A stretch of DNA of 64,000 nucleotides, from assembly GCA_951406725.2 (NCBI GenBank), contig OX597820.1:75640001-75704000 (forward strand). The letters are read 5' to 3'. The notes below the pieces were generated by a model. The model had not been told where the DNA came from. It did no database searches and saw only the letters and a program-made list of their open reading frames with translations. This document shows positions 27,900-41,014 of the stretch, one piece after another. Position 1 is the stretch's first letter. Every line of letters begins with the position of its first letter. The stretch comes from Octopus vulgaris. Lineage: Eukaryota. Both the position numbers and the translations under genes were made by a program.

Positions 27900-28506
27900 A
27901 ACTCGTCAATGTATGCACATATATATATATACGGAAAGAGAGAGAAAGGGATAGAGATGTATTTATGTGTGTTAGTGTGTGTGTGCCGTATATTTGTAAA
28001 TAAAAGGTTCCTTTTATGTTCTCCTGAATGGAAAAATGCATAGTTACTTAGTTACATAGTTTCCAGCTTCTCTCTTTTCTATTGTATCCTCTCTAAATGT
28101 ACAAGTTTTGCGTGAAATATGTAATTGTTTTATATATCTCTCACTTCTCGACGACTGCACAGATCAACTCACGTTTCTTAATTATCGTTGTAATGTATTT
28201 TCCTATAGAAAAGAAGAAAAGAACTCAGATAATTATCATTGTATTAAAATATTCTGTGAAGAAGCATCAAAGTCGTTGATTTCATTGTGAATCATTGCTT
28301 GGCCTAGCATGGCTCGTGGTTTCATAGAGGTTGTATTTCTTTGTTTATTATTACTATTTGTTTTCTTTTTGTTTTTTTTTTTATAGATAATGAGAACCAG
28401 GGTTAGACACTTTTCAGCATTTTCTGAAATTAGAATGAGTGTAGTCATGCATATACATACATACTTACATATTTACATACATACAAGTAAACAATAAAAA
28501 CACACG

Positions 28507-28567
<61 letters not shown>

Positions 28568-28568
28568 G

Positions 28569-28632
<64 letters not shown>

Positions 28633-28923
28633 CAATACGGAGCAAATAATTTAGGATAAAATTAATTTACGAAGATACCATTGACTCTGTTATTATCTTA
28701 TTATCTAGTGTAACAATTTAAAAATGATAATAACAGAATCAATAATATAGGCAACTACAGGCCGAAAAAACGCATTAAATAGCTGAAGGATTAAAATTAA
28801 TCGAAGGATATACTAAGTATGTCTACTTGCTGGAAATAACAGTCAAATATCTTATTTAACTCGCCAGAATACACTGATAGTAACTACAGAAATCAACCGT
28901 CCGAAGGCAAACGGGCTAAGATA

Positions 28924-29152
28924 TATTTCTTTACTACCCACAAGGGGCTAAACACAGAGGGGACAAACAAGGATAGACAAACGGATTAAGTCGATTACAT
29001 CGACCCCAGTGCGTAACTGGTACTTAATTTATCGACCCCGAAAGGATGAAAGGCAAAGTCGACCTCGGCGGAATTTGAACTCAGAATGTAACGGCAGACG
29101 AAATACGGCTACGCATTTCGCCCGGCGCGCTAACGATTCTGCTAGCTCGCCA
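28924..29152 (-). mobile_element. Full-length SINE family B
   Basis: Near-identical to 4249-4478. Confidence 0.9.
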
Positions 29153-29381
29153 ATATAATGTCCCAGCATACATTCACACGGACCGGTTCCTGCACTGGTA
29201 AAAATAGCCTTAGCTTCCTCAGTACGTATTACCATTTATTGTCCAGTGTAACAGTCTAAAATGATAATAAAAGAATCAGTAATATTAGCGATTGTAGACC
29301 ACAGAAAAGGATTAAATAACTGAAGGCTTAAAATTGATCATATGATATACTAATTATATCTAACTGCTTGAAATAACATTC

Positions 29382-29461
<80 letters not shown>

Positions 29462-29516
29462 CATAAAATTCATTTGGAAGAAGATGCGTGGCGTTCAATT
29501 ATATAATAATATAAAT

Positions 29517-30292
29517 ATATTCAACCTCACCAATGTCCTATTTATGGAGCAATCTGTACTCAGACCAACTAGGGCGAATAACATTCTGGATCTCTGCTTC
29601 ACGAACAATATGGACATCATTCATGATGAGAAAATGACACCGACATTAGTCTCGGATCACAACATAATAAACATGTCTATGTTTGGGCCGAAAGTAACCA
29701 AAGACATACAGACTAGGTAGGAGCTGCCTGACCCAGCTCTTGTAACATTATGTCTAAGTGTTGAGGCAGTTACTCAACAATTCAAATGTGGGCGTAATGT
29801 ACTTTGATTTTGTAAAAGTTTTTGACAAGATGGATCATGATATGATATGCCACAAACTGCGTGACCTTGGCATAGCTGGAAAACTTGGAGAGTGGTTACA
29901 TGACTTCCTGAAAGATAGGAGTCAGGCAGTAGTGGCTAATGGAGCTTTTTATAGTGGCCATCTCAGATATGCCCTCAAATGCCCGGATAGCCACCCTTGC
30001 AAGTTATGCATATGATAAGAAAGTCTCGCAGAAAATACAGAACCCAAGCGATGTTGCACACCTGCGGCAGGAGTTGGACTAAATTTACAGATGGGCTGAG
30101 GATAATAATATGCAGTTTAATGCTGAATCATTCCAAGCCTTGCGCTACTAACATCCAAAACTGAATATGAAACTTACAGGTTACACCGGTCCATAGGGAA
30201 TTTCAATCCCAGAACCTAATTCAGTGAGGGACCTGGGTATCGACATGAGTGATGATACCTCTTTCCAAGAGCACATTACCAGAATGGCGACA
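29517..30292 (+). pseudogene. Internally deleted CR1/L2-group LINE ORF2 (APE end + RT)
   Basis: PTRANNILDLCFTN..SDHNII (APE); YFDFVKVFDKMDH; YAYD (decayed YADD); WAEDNNMQFN; VRDLGI. Contains stops and deletions. Confidence 0.85.
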
Positions 30293-30482
30293 AATTTTAA
30301 ATTTGAGAGCACTGAAAAAATTGAACATACCTATCCGATTCAAGTAACATCAGACAAATTATATCCAATGACCAGTACTAACGAATTCAAAACATACGAA
30401 GGAGGTCTCGTGTTCTCCCTCATCCACCCACGTGTGTTGTCGAGTAAAAATATTCTACAGAAAAAAACTGTAGTTTATTATC

Positions 30483-30546
<64 letters not shown>

Positions 30547-30577
30547 GTACCTACTTACATCTATACGTATATATATA

Positions 30578-30883
30578 TGCATATGTAGACACAGAACATC
30601 ATGAAACGTGTATAACAATAACAAAATGAGTAGATAGAAGTACTCGTACTTAGTATTTTTTGTTGTACACGTTTCATGACGTCCTCTACCCGCATATCCA
30701 TATACATACGTATAGATCTAAGTATGTACATATACGTATGTACATAGTTAATTGCTCGAAATGTCGAGTACGGTCTTTACGTTACTTATATTGTTTTCCA
30801 TTTGTTACTCTCGTTGTTTGCATGCCCAAGTTTGTCTTTGTATTCCATGCTATTTATGTTTTGTGACGTCCTGTACCCACATA

Positions 30884-30890
<7 letters not shown>
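30578..30890. mobile_element. Rearranged short Penelope-like fragments with inverted repeat and hammerhead 3' remnant
   Basis: tcatgaaacgtgtataacaa and ttgttgtacacgtttcatga are inverted. The tgacgtcct.taccc.catat terminus occurs twice. gctc GAAATGTC gagt at ~30754. Confidence 0.45.
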
Positions 30891-30933
<43 letters not shown>

Positions 30934-30951
30934 AGTGTGTGTGTGTATTTA

Positions 30952-31008
<57 letters not shown>

Positions 31009-31047
31009 ATATATATATATATATGTATGTATATATATATATGTATG

Positions 31048-31081
<34 letters not shown>

Positions 31082-31130
31082 CACACATATATATATATAC
31101 ACACATATATATATATACATATATATACAC

Positions 31131-31183
<53 letters not shown>

Positions 31184-31589
31184 TATACATATATACATGC
31201 ATGTATGTATGTATATGCAGAGGTGTTTGCTTGTATGTGAGTGTGCTTGTGTCTTTGTGTGTGTGTGCGCGCGCGTGTGTAATAAAGACGATTAACGAAG
31301 AAAAAGACAAATTTCCTCTAGGTGCTTATATGGTTTAGATCTCCAAGGAACGAATTACTCCATATCAGCTGAGCCATTCAATGTACGTTAGAGAAACGAG
31401 TTCAATCTTAAGCACCAGAAAACGGGAGTTTTCTTTTTCTTATCTTCACCTGTCTTTGTTGTTTTTTTATATTTGTTTATAAATTTTGTACACATTTTTC
31501 TTATATTATTTCCGTTTCAATAGTGGAGCTAGAATTTCATGCGTACGCACACACGCGCACATGTATATATGTATACATATATATATATA

Positions 31590-31644
<55 letters not shown>

Positions 31645-31675
31645 ATATATTTATATATATATATATAAATATATA

Positions 31676-31751
<76 letters not shown>

Positions 31752-32229
31752 TATATATATATCAGTCGAAATCGCTTACAGTAAAATGTCTTGTTTTCAA
31801 AGCAATATAATTTCACATAGGCGTGGAAATCTTAACGGGGTTTCTGAACATGCATCTTGTTTTATTAGCAGATTTCAAGTGGAAAGCTCCTACTCAAGAC
31901 ACGATAAGTTCTGGTCCCAGCTAGAATTTGTGGTGAAAACACTTGATAGAATCAAGTACTTCTGTCGAGTAGCGATGTATTTAGATAAACTGAATCTTTA
32001 GAAAAGATAATAATTTTTGTTGTTGTTGTTGTTGTTGTAATTTGTCCCATATTTTATGAAACAAAATGGTGTGATTTCGTTAGAAATAGTTGCTAAACAT
32101 TAAATACGTGATAATAAATGTCTTGCTGTCATGATGGTCGACTTGAGGGCTGCTACTTTTTTTTTATGAATATTTCATGTTTGCCATTATTTGATCGCAA
32201 AGTAATTAAAACTATATTCCAGGCAGTAA

Positions 32230-32870
32230 TCCGAAATAATAAACGACGTGAAATTATTCCAGCACATTTCTGATAGTTTATTGGTACCAACATTTTGATT
32301 TGTTTAGTCGATCTGCATATACGAAGAGTTTGTAGAATCTTTGTGATGTTATTGGTCGGACATTCAACTTTTGTGCGTCCCCTTCAGTTTTTAATAATTT
32401 GAATTCTTCTTCTGAAGAATGAGCCAGTTTTTAACAAAGATAAAAACCATTCATCGTCGGAATGTAGTTAAGAAAAAACGTCACATTATCAAAGTGACTT
32501 CTAGTGAAGGGTTTCAGGCGAAGGGATCGCCACTTTAGTCACGAATTATCAAAGTGCATCAAGTTTTAAAGAGATATTCGCCTCAGCAGGACTGTTGACC
32601 TCTATGACGGTACATATTTTTCCTTGTCTTTCGCAAATAACAATATGGTTGCTCCTCTAAATGGAAACCTTACCTCTTATTGAGATCTTGAGGGACAAAA
32701 CAAAGCAGGTTTGCCGTCTACTCAATAAAACATAGTAAATTATCCACAAGCACTTCAACTTGTTCCAAATTTCCAAAAGGTTTCCAAGGCACCTGCGGGC
32801 CTCACCAGACACATTCGTGTCTATCGAGCATGATTAACATATTATTTTACTGAACCCTCACTTGCTGTAC
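32230..32870 (-). pseudogene. Possible highly decayed Helitron Pif1-like helicase remnant
   Basis: With frameshifts, QDL...FPFRGATILL...ICTVIEVNSPAEANISLKLDAL* resembles the PFGG..LL.GDFRQ.LPV...LK.S.LW segment. Confidence 0.35.
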
Positions 32871-33426
32871 ATGACAGGTGAATCCATCATATATATGTAA
32901 CGAAAAAAAGAGATTAAAAATCCAATCAGATATCAATAAAGCACTCAGTTTTAAACGAATTTACACGGATTAACTATATCAAAACAATCAGACAGCAACA
33001 AATGCAAGTAGAATACGCATCTAATTTTGGATCGCCTGCCTAACTTTGTGTTAACATGTATTTTCAGATATATTAATTTTGAATGATATTTTCCGCATCT
33101 AAACATGCCGATTCAACAGAAAAAAATTGTCGGTGAATTCAACAATTGAAGATGAGATTTTCTCTATCCATTTCTTTGTTATCCCTGAATAGAATAACGG
33201 AAGAGGAGTCTAATGAACTTATATACATACATACTTTAATATCTTCGTGGGTCTACTGTGAATAAATGCACACACTTTGAATGTCTGCATCGATATTTCA
33301 ACGTGCACACCAAGTCAACCATTTATTCATAAACGCCGCGAATTCTCTTACCACGCAAATTCTCGTCGCACCTTCCCCAGAACTTTTACTCAAAGAAAAA
33401 TCATACATATTCATCCATATATATAC

Positions 33427-33490
<64 letters not shown>

Positions 33491-33501
33491 TTATATATAT
33501 G

Positions 33502-33542
<41 letters not shown>

Positions 33543-33591
33543 GAGAGGGCGAGAGATGGAGACAGACAGACAGAAATTATAGAATACAATA

Positions 33592-33930
33592 GGCAACGCA
33601 GGAGTGCCAACCACATGTTTCTGGGTTCAGTCCCACTGTGTGACACTTTGGGTATCTTCTTATAGGCTCAGTCTGACCAAAAAGTGGTCTTGGTAGACGG
33701 AAACTCTGAAAGAGGTTCGTCCTGTGTGTGTCATTGTGCTTGGGTCCTCCGTTCAATTACTGGTGTTACTGTATTTATATCTCTGTAACCTAGCGTTTCC
33801 AGAAAAGATACCGATAGAATAAGTAGTATTCTTTAAAAAAAAAGTACTGGCGCCAATTCATTCGGCTAAAATTTCTCAAGGTTTTGCTCCAGCATGGCTG
33901 CAGTGTAATTGCTGAAACATGTGAAAAGGA
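33592..33930 (+). mobile_element. Degenerate SINE family A
   Basis: gggttcagtcccactg...ggtagacggaaact...gctccagcatggctgcag. Confidence 0.8.
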
Positions 33931-33956
33931 AAAAAACACAGGAAAAAGTGTATATA

Positions 33957-34375
33957 TTTATCTCTTTATTGCCTACAGGGGGATAAACTTAGAGGGAACA
34001 AACAAGGACAGACAAAGGGTTTAAGTCGATAACATCGACCCCAGTGCGTAACTGCTACTTATTTAATCGACCCCTAAAGGTTGCAAGACTAAGTCGACCT
34101 CGGCGGAATTTGAACTCAGAACGTAACGGCAGACGAAATACCTATTTCTTTACCACCCACAAGGGGCTAAACACAGAGGGGACAAACAAGGACAGACAAA
34201 CGGATTAAATCGATCACATCAACCCCAGTGCGCAACTGGTACTTATTTAATCGACCCCGAAAGTATGAAAGGCAAAGTCGACGTCGGCGGAATTTGAACT
34301 CAGAACGTAGCGGCAGACGAAATACCGCTAAGCATTTCGCCCGGTGTGCTAACGTTTCTGCCAGCTCACTGCCCT
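33957..34375 (-). mobile_element. SINE family B dimer
   Basis: Two units joined at gacgaaatacc|tatttcttt. Confidence 0.9.
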
Positions 34376-35548
34376 AAAAAGTTTATATATTAATGATAAT
34401 TAGCGGAACCCGTGAATATTTCACGGAATTAATAGTCAACGTATTTGGTTACGTCTGAAAACTTTATCCAAAAAACCTGAAAGAGTATCCTGTGTTGTGT
34501 CTGTATGGAAAGATAGTCGCTCATCTTCTACTCGTTGATAATTGAAAGAAATTGAAATACGATGATCAGTTAATAATACGCTTTATATATACAGTTTATA
34601 TACTTTATGGACAATTTTATAGACTTAACACACAGCACTCATAAAATAAATTTTCACTCTTATTTTTGTATTTTTCCCATAAAGAAAAAAATATCGCCGT
34701 ACATATGATACAACCTTTAGTTAAATTGCACATATTTGCCACATAAATAAGCGTTAATATTTCACGGAATTGCACTTATGCGTTAAGTGATGGATGGTAT
34801 AAATATATTAGTTCAATTAAAAGAAAAATTACACTTTCACTATTCAATCACCGCCGCCACTTCTTTCCTCTTCTCTAGTCACATAAAAGCGTTACCGACG
34901 GGCCAAGTAACGCAATGATAAGCAGAGTTATTATAAGATAGACGGTAAATTTATCCTAAATTTGTTAATATATTTGCTGATTTTATATTATTTAACTTAA
35001 TTTTGCTTCTCAGTATTTCTAATGAGCTGTTTTCACCTCTAAAACTGGATACCTTTTTTTCAACAACTCTTCAGATATTCTGATATTTCCTGGTGCTCAA
35101 AACATATTTAATGATACCCCTTAATAGCTTAATAACACCCTAACAGATTACATACTCAGCTTTTATTACATCTGCGGTATTTTCGTCCTTTTCTCTCCCC
35201 CGCTGTTTTTTAATGATCACCCCCACGGCTGTCGTAATTTGAAAAATGTTTCAATTTGCATATATTTACAAGACACATTTTAATGTCCTTTCTATTTATT
35301 TTCTCTTTATTCCTATTAACATTTCCTCTCTATTTCCTATGGTATGTTCCTTCTATATCCTCTTTTATTTCTTATCCATTAATTCTTAAATTCTATCCGT
35401 TTTCTGAATGGGTTTCTACTACCGTTTCTTCGTAAATGGGTGTGGATACATACTTTAAATGTCATTCTCAATGACTGGGCGTAAACATAGTCAGAATGTT
35501 AAGAATATAAGTGAGGATGTCTGAGTGCCATAAAAATATATGTTTCAT

Positions 35549-35808
35549 AGGCGCAAACATGGCTATGTGGTTAAGAAGCTTGCTTTGCAACCATGTGGTT
35601 TCAGGTTCAAATCCGCAGCGTGGCACCTTGGCTGTGATTCCTGCTATGGCCTCGAGCTGATCAATGTTTTGTAAAGGCAAAAGAAACCGATAGAATAAGT
35701 ACCAGGCTTTAAAAGAATAAGCGCAGAGGGGGATTAATTCAAATAAAATTTCTTCAAGCCGGTGCCCCAGCATGGCCACAGTCTAATGACTGAAACAAGT
35801 AAAGGAAA
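35549..35808 (+). mobile_element. Internally deleted SINE family A
   Basis: Head ggcgcaaacatggctatgtggttaag and tail ccccagcatggccacagtctaatgactgaaac. Confidence 0.8.
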
Positions 35809-36312
35809 GATGACAGACAGATTCTTGTAATACGTGAGCTGTCGTTTATTTCGTTTGTTTCCCATATTTTAGAAGAGTTATTAAAATTGTTGAAAGTTAG
35901 AAATTCTTTGTGAATAGAAAAGAATTTAATTAAATAATTTAATCACTGATTCTATCATAAAAATTCCACTCGCTAACCTTTAAATTTTGCAAGACGTTTA
36001 AAACGAAATCCATTAACTATTTAATAACTTACTTCACTGCGTGTCTTTTGATTAGATAACTCCTTCTTACGCCATTTTATTTTCATTAAAGTATGATGGC
36101 CTTCTAACTTTGTTCAATAATAAATTACAGTGATATTAAATTCATTCCTACTCCAGTTAATACTGTTAGAAGTTGAAATGTAGCTTGGTCATATTTCTTC
36201 ATCTGCAAAGCAATTTTCTCTCTATTGGAATTTTGCAAAAGTATTTTTAGAATTCTTAAGTGGTTTCTCTTACATAGGTATAGTTAATCCCAGGATTTAG
36301 TGCCAGTGTGAA

Positions 36313-36612
36313 AGCACGTGCCTTAGTAGCTGAGTATTCGGCTCACGGTCTTAAGGTCATGAGTTCGATTCCTAGTGATGCATTATGACCTTAAGCAAGA
36401 TTCTCTATTTCATGTTCTAATTTGTTCAACTGGCAAAAAATGAGTATTACCCGTATTTCAAAGGGCCAGCCTTGTAACTTTTTGTGTCACACTGAATCTC
36501 CCTGAGAACTACATTAAGGGTGCTCGTGTCTGTGGAGTTCTCAACTACTTGCATGTTAATTTCACGTGCAGGCTGTTCCACAGATCGGAACAAGTGGAAC
36601 CGGCGACGTCGT
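36313..36612 (+). mobile_element. tRNA-derived SINE family C
   Basis: B box gagttcgattcc and ccttaagcaaga; body shared with 2170-2447. Confidence 0.75.
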
Positions 36613-36741
36613 ATTTAATAGGAAAGCTTTTTTTAAAGAAGCATAACGTTTATTTGAATTCTAAAGCTTTCTTTATCTTGCTGTGCATGGTCCTCATTGT
36701 CTTCTAGAAATTATTTAGAAGTGAGAGACTAACGATTCCGT

Positions 36742-36945
36742 TTTCTTTTACTTGTTCCAATCAGGTGACTGGGGCTTTGCTCGAAGCACCACGTTTAAGG
36801 GTTTTAGACGAACAGATCGAACCCAATACTTATTTTCAAAGTTTGGTGTCTATTCTTGTGGTCTCTTTCATCGAACCGCTAAATTACAGAGGCTTAAACA
36901 CACCAACACTGCTTGTCGAGCAGTGGTAATGGAACAAAGACAATC
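36742..36945 (-). mobile_element. SINE family A, 3' half
   Basis: cgaaccgctaa...aaacacaccaacac. Confidence 0.6.
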
Positions 36946-37086
36946 ACACATACACAATACTTACATGTTATGTATACATACATATACACACAAACACACA
37001 TATATATATATATATACATTGAATAAAATGAGACAACAAAGCCAAGGTAATGTGAAATTTCTACGACGTTTATAAAGAGAGAAATG

Positions 37087-37134
37087 GTCTTACAGCTCTT
37101 TCGGGTATATAAAGGATATGCCATAATCAGAGAC
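37087..37134 (-). ncRNA. Degenerate hammerhead ribozyme motif
   Basis: GTCT CTGATTA t GGcATAT ccttt ATATaCC c GAA AgAGCTGT A AGAC. Stem I is GTCT/AGAC, stem III is near-palindromic, triplet is GUA, and G8 is mutated. Confidence 0.55.
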
Positions 37135-37667
37135 GATATGAGAGAGTTAAACAGAAGGAATTTTATTCAGCATATACTCGCTCACACACGATCCGCGTTA
37201 GACTCCTCGTTTATACTATCATCAAACTGGGAGTCTAACAGCAGTATTTCCGTAGCACTTACATAGACTTATCTGCCTTTTGGGTCTTCTGGATACCAAA
37301 ACCTCTCATATATCTATTCAAATTTTACAGAAAATACATTGGTCGGTCAGAGGCTATGTTAAAAAACATTTATCCAAGGGGCAGCGTAGTGGGACAGAAC
37401 CCAAAACCACATGTTTGTAAAATGAGCTTTTTAACCCCATGGCGATGCTCGTACTGCGACATATTGACAAAATATGAACAAGTTTTTACATGTTTATTCC
37501 TGTACATCTCAAATAGAACCGCTGAACTGCTATCTTCCTTTGTGCAATACTAGCTTCAGCTGCCAGAGCTTATAGGTTGTTAGATATCAACGAAATCCTG
37601 GGTTCCTATCCTGACACTGCACACTGTTGTATCCATAACCGTGTCATTCACCACACGTTTTTCCCAA

Positions 37668-37878
37668 GGCAGCGAACAGGCAGAAACGTACGTACGCCGG
37701 GCGAAATGCTTAGCGGTATTTCATGTCTTTATGTTCTGAGTTCAAATTCGCCGAGGTCGACTTTGCCTTTCATCCTTTCGGGGTCGATAAATTAAGTTCC
37801 AGTTGCATACTGGAGTCGATCTAATCGACTGGCCCTTCGTCCAAAATTTCGGGCCTTGTGCCTAGAGTAAAAAAGATT
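37668..37878 (+). mobile_element. SINE family B (subfamily with ggccttgtgcct tail)
   Basis: gagttcaaattcgccgaggtcgactttgcctttcatcctttcggggtcgataaattaag. Confidence 0.85.
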
Positions 37879-38165
37879 TACAACACATTCGTCTCGATCA
37901 TTTCCCTTGACAATCGAACGAGTATGGAGAGTCATGATATTTTTACTCCTAAACGATGAAAGGCAATGTCGACTGTGGTGGAATTTAAACTCAGAATGTA
38001 AAGACGGAAGAGATGTACTAAGAAATTTATCCGACGATCTAACGCTACCGTCAGCTCGTTGTCAAGAACTCTTTTAAACAGGACCAGCATTTTTGAAAAG
38101 ATGGCCTAAATTGATTACATCCATACTAGTGCTTCACTAGTAATTTATTTTACCGACCCCTCTTG

Positions 38166-38342
38166 AATGGGGTTAATTAAGGTAACCATTGCCACCGGGG
38201 CGGGCGACCCCGGTACTACCTTGTCGTGGTGAGAAAGCTTACGCCCTGGGGCGATGATCGGCAGTGGTAGAGTTCCGCTGCGATCGAGTTCGAGTGTTTT
38301 TCGTTGCCATAGCGGACGTTCGCCACTGTTGGTCGAGTGTTG
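38166..38342 (+). other. GC-rich, highly structured segment ending in (TAA)n
   Basis: Hairpin accgggg/ccccggt (38194-38214) and a long G-U-containing stem from 38256 to 38334. Confidence 0.5.
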
Positions 38343-38424
<82 letters not shown>

Positions 38425-39671
38425 TAATAATAATAATAATGATAATAATAATAATAATGTTATTCATTTGTCTTATTTGTAAGGAGTAGTTTTACTGCAC
38501 TTTTATGCACAGTTCGCTCGGTTTCGGGTAACTGTCGTTATAATTTAGTTATGCATTTGCTAATGTATGAATAGGGCTGTATGCTCTGTCATGTATTGTT
38601 ATTTTCCTTTGTGTTGTGAACATTTATAGATCCTTAACGTTTTCAGTTATGTATGTGTCTGCATTTTAAAAAAATTATTACTCAGGCACGTTTTAGCAGA
38701 GATATTTTCTATCTCCAGAACTAACATAATAGTTATGTGAATCAGCATTCTTGGAAGGATGCACGTTTTTTCATTTTCTGATACATTTTCTGAGGAATTT
38801 TTTGTTATTAATTTCAACGTTAGAATTTCGAGTGACACTGTTTATGTTTGTGACGGTGCGAAATGTGTTTACCAGTGTAATTGGCTTTTCTTCCTTCGAA
38901 GTACAAATATCTCTCATATTTTGTTTACAAGACTTTGTTTCCCTTTCTGGGACATACACCACCATCGCCACCATGAAGCAAACAAACGTCTGTTGGCAGA
39001 AAAAAAGAAAATTTTTGTTTTGAATTACTTTTTTTCTCTAATGAAAAAATACCAGTAATAAAACTATTTTATGAAAGTTTCACACAAAACATCCTTTAAC
39101 ATGCAATCTGATTGTTATTTCAAAGCTTATTTTTATTTATCATTCTTTTATCGTGTTTCTAGCAGTCGCAGACAGAATTTCAGGGGGACGCACCAGAGCT
39201 ATCCTACTACTCTCAATTTTCCAAAATCGGGCGTTACCTTCCGCTTGGCCTGCTTGTCATTCAGGCAGAAGTTAAACATAGTCTTATGAGACGCGACTCC
39301 TGCAAAAGAAAACTTGCTAAAGGTTACGTCATTGCTGTCGTTGATGTCGATGGTGGGAGCCGTGTATTTATTGATGGATTTATTTGTTTATCGTTCTACT
39401 GCTGTTGTGACTTTGCTCTCCACTGTCGTAATTTTTGTTACTCGGATTGAGCCTGTTGTTGCTCGACAAAATATTGCTTCTGATATTGAAACTACGGATG
39501 CAGTTACCTTAGATGCGGTTGTTGTTAAATTTTGCTGTAATTATTGTATTTGTCGTTACTGTTACTGCTAGTATTCTTCGTCGCAACAGCATCGAACCCA
39601 AAATATAAAGACGGATGAAATGGCGCAAAGCGAATTTCCGGTGCAGTAATAAATCTGCCACTGGTCCGCCC

Positions 39672-39710
<39 letters not shown>

Positions 39711-39781
39711 TGATAATAATGATAATAATAATAATAATGATAATAATAATAATAATAGTTATAATAATAATAATAATAGTT

Positions 39782-39828
<47 letters not shown>

Positions 39829-40005
39829 TATTATTATAATAATAATAATAATAATAATAGTTATAATAATAATTATAATAATAATAATAGTTATCATAAT
39901 AATAATAGTTATAATAATAATAATTATAATAATAATAGTAATAATAATAGTAATAATAATAGTAATTATAATAGTAATAATAATAATAATGATAATAATA
40001 ATAAT
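39672..40005. repeat. (TAA)n microsatellite, interrupted
   Basis: Seen directly. Confidence 0.95.
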
Positions 40006-40522
40006 GGCAGAAGCTCTCGTGGTTTCTGATCTTAACTGATTGGAAGTGTTATCATGTACGTTGTTTTGTCTTGGTATAAAAGATGGGCTACAGCAAATAT
40101 TCTGCTCAATACCACAGATTTGCTTGTTAGTTATTTGACCTCAACAAGTTGAGCATGTCTCTTAGTGGCTGATGATATGTGCATCTCTGATCACGTGCAT
40201 AATTAGTTGGGGAGCATCATAGCCATGTGTTGAGAGGATTTCTTTGGGGCTTGGATAATTCATCTCTAGAAATATGGGTGTTTCGTTCAATATCCTTAAA
40301 CAATCCTTATTCAGGGAACTTTTGAGCGGGATGGGTTACTGGACCAGAAGAAAACTCTAACTGTGCCCCACCTGCAAGGTCATGTGCTGTTTATCTTGAT
40401 ATGAGATCACCATGTCACGCACATATGGTTGTGATGCATGAGCCTGGTGTGCCCTTATCAGATGGGTAGTCGTGATGGGTATACTGGGATTCGTATATTT
40501 TACCCCACTCTCACTTTTATGG
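40006..40522 (+). mobile_element. ~550-bp non-coding interspersed repeat in (TAA)n
   Basis: Reverse complement of 9095-9651; (TAA)n on both sides. Confidence 0.85.
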
Positions 40523-40579
40523 CATGTACTGCTCTCACACTCAATAATAATAATTATAATAATAATAATAATAATAATA

Positions 40580-40973
40580 ATCAAACGCCGTCGTATGGAT
40601 ATTGTCAATTTGAGTAAGAGAGACAAATGTTGTCAGATCATTGATGTAGCCATACCAAATGACATGAATGTTGTGAGTAAAGAGGTTGAAAAAATCACCA
40701 AGTACTCCGAATTGAAAGTGGAAACGGCAAGACTGTATGGAATGCTAGTGGGTAATGTATGAGTGATACCAGTGGTGATCGGAGCGTTGGGCTCAATCCC
40801 ATTGAAACTTCAAGATTTCTTAAGGCAACTGGAAATCCCATGCAAGATTGATGTCTTCCAAAAACAGCCTTATTGGGCACAGCGCACATTTTAAGGAAAG
40901 TATTATCTGTCTGAGGTCCTTGTTGTGATATGACAGATGACTAAAGACTCCGATGCATTTTACCTACGAAGGA
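40580..40973 (+). mobile_element. 5'-truncated R4/Dong-like retrotransposon (RLE domain + 3' UTR)
   Basis: RRRMDIV..CQIIDVAIPND..KEVEKITKYSEL...VIPVVIGALGSI...KTALLGTAHILRKVLSV* (stop ends at 40914). (TAA)n on both sides. Confidence 0.9.
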
Positions 40974-40982
40974 ATAATAATG

Positions 40983-41014
<32 letters not shown>

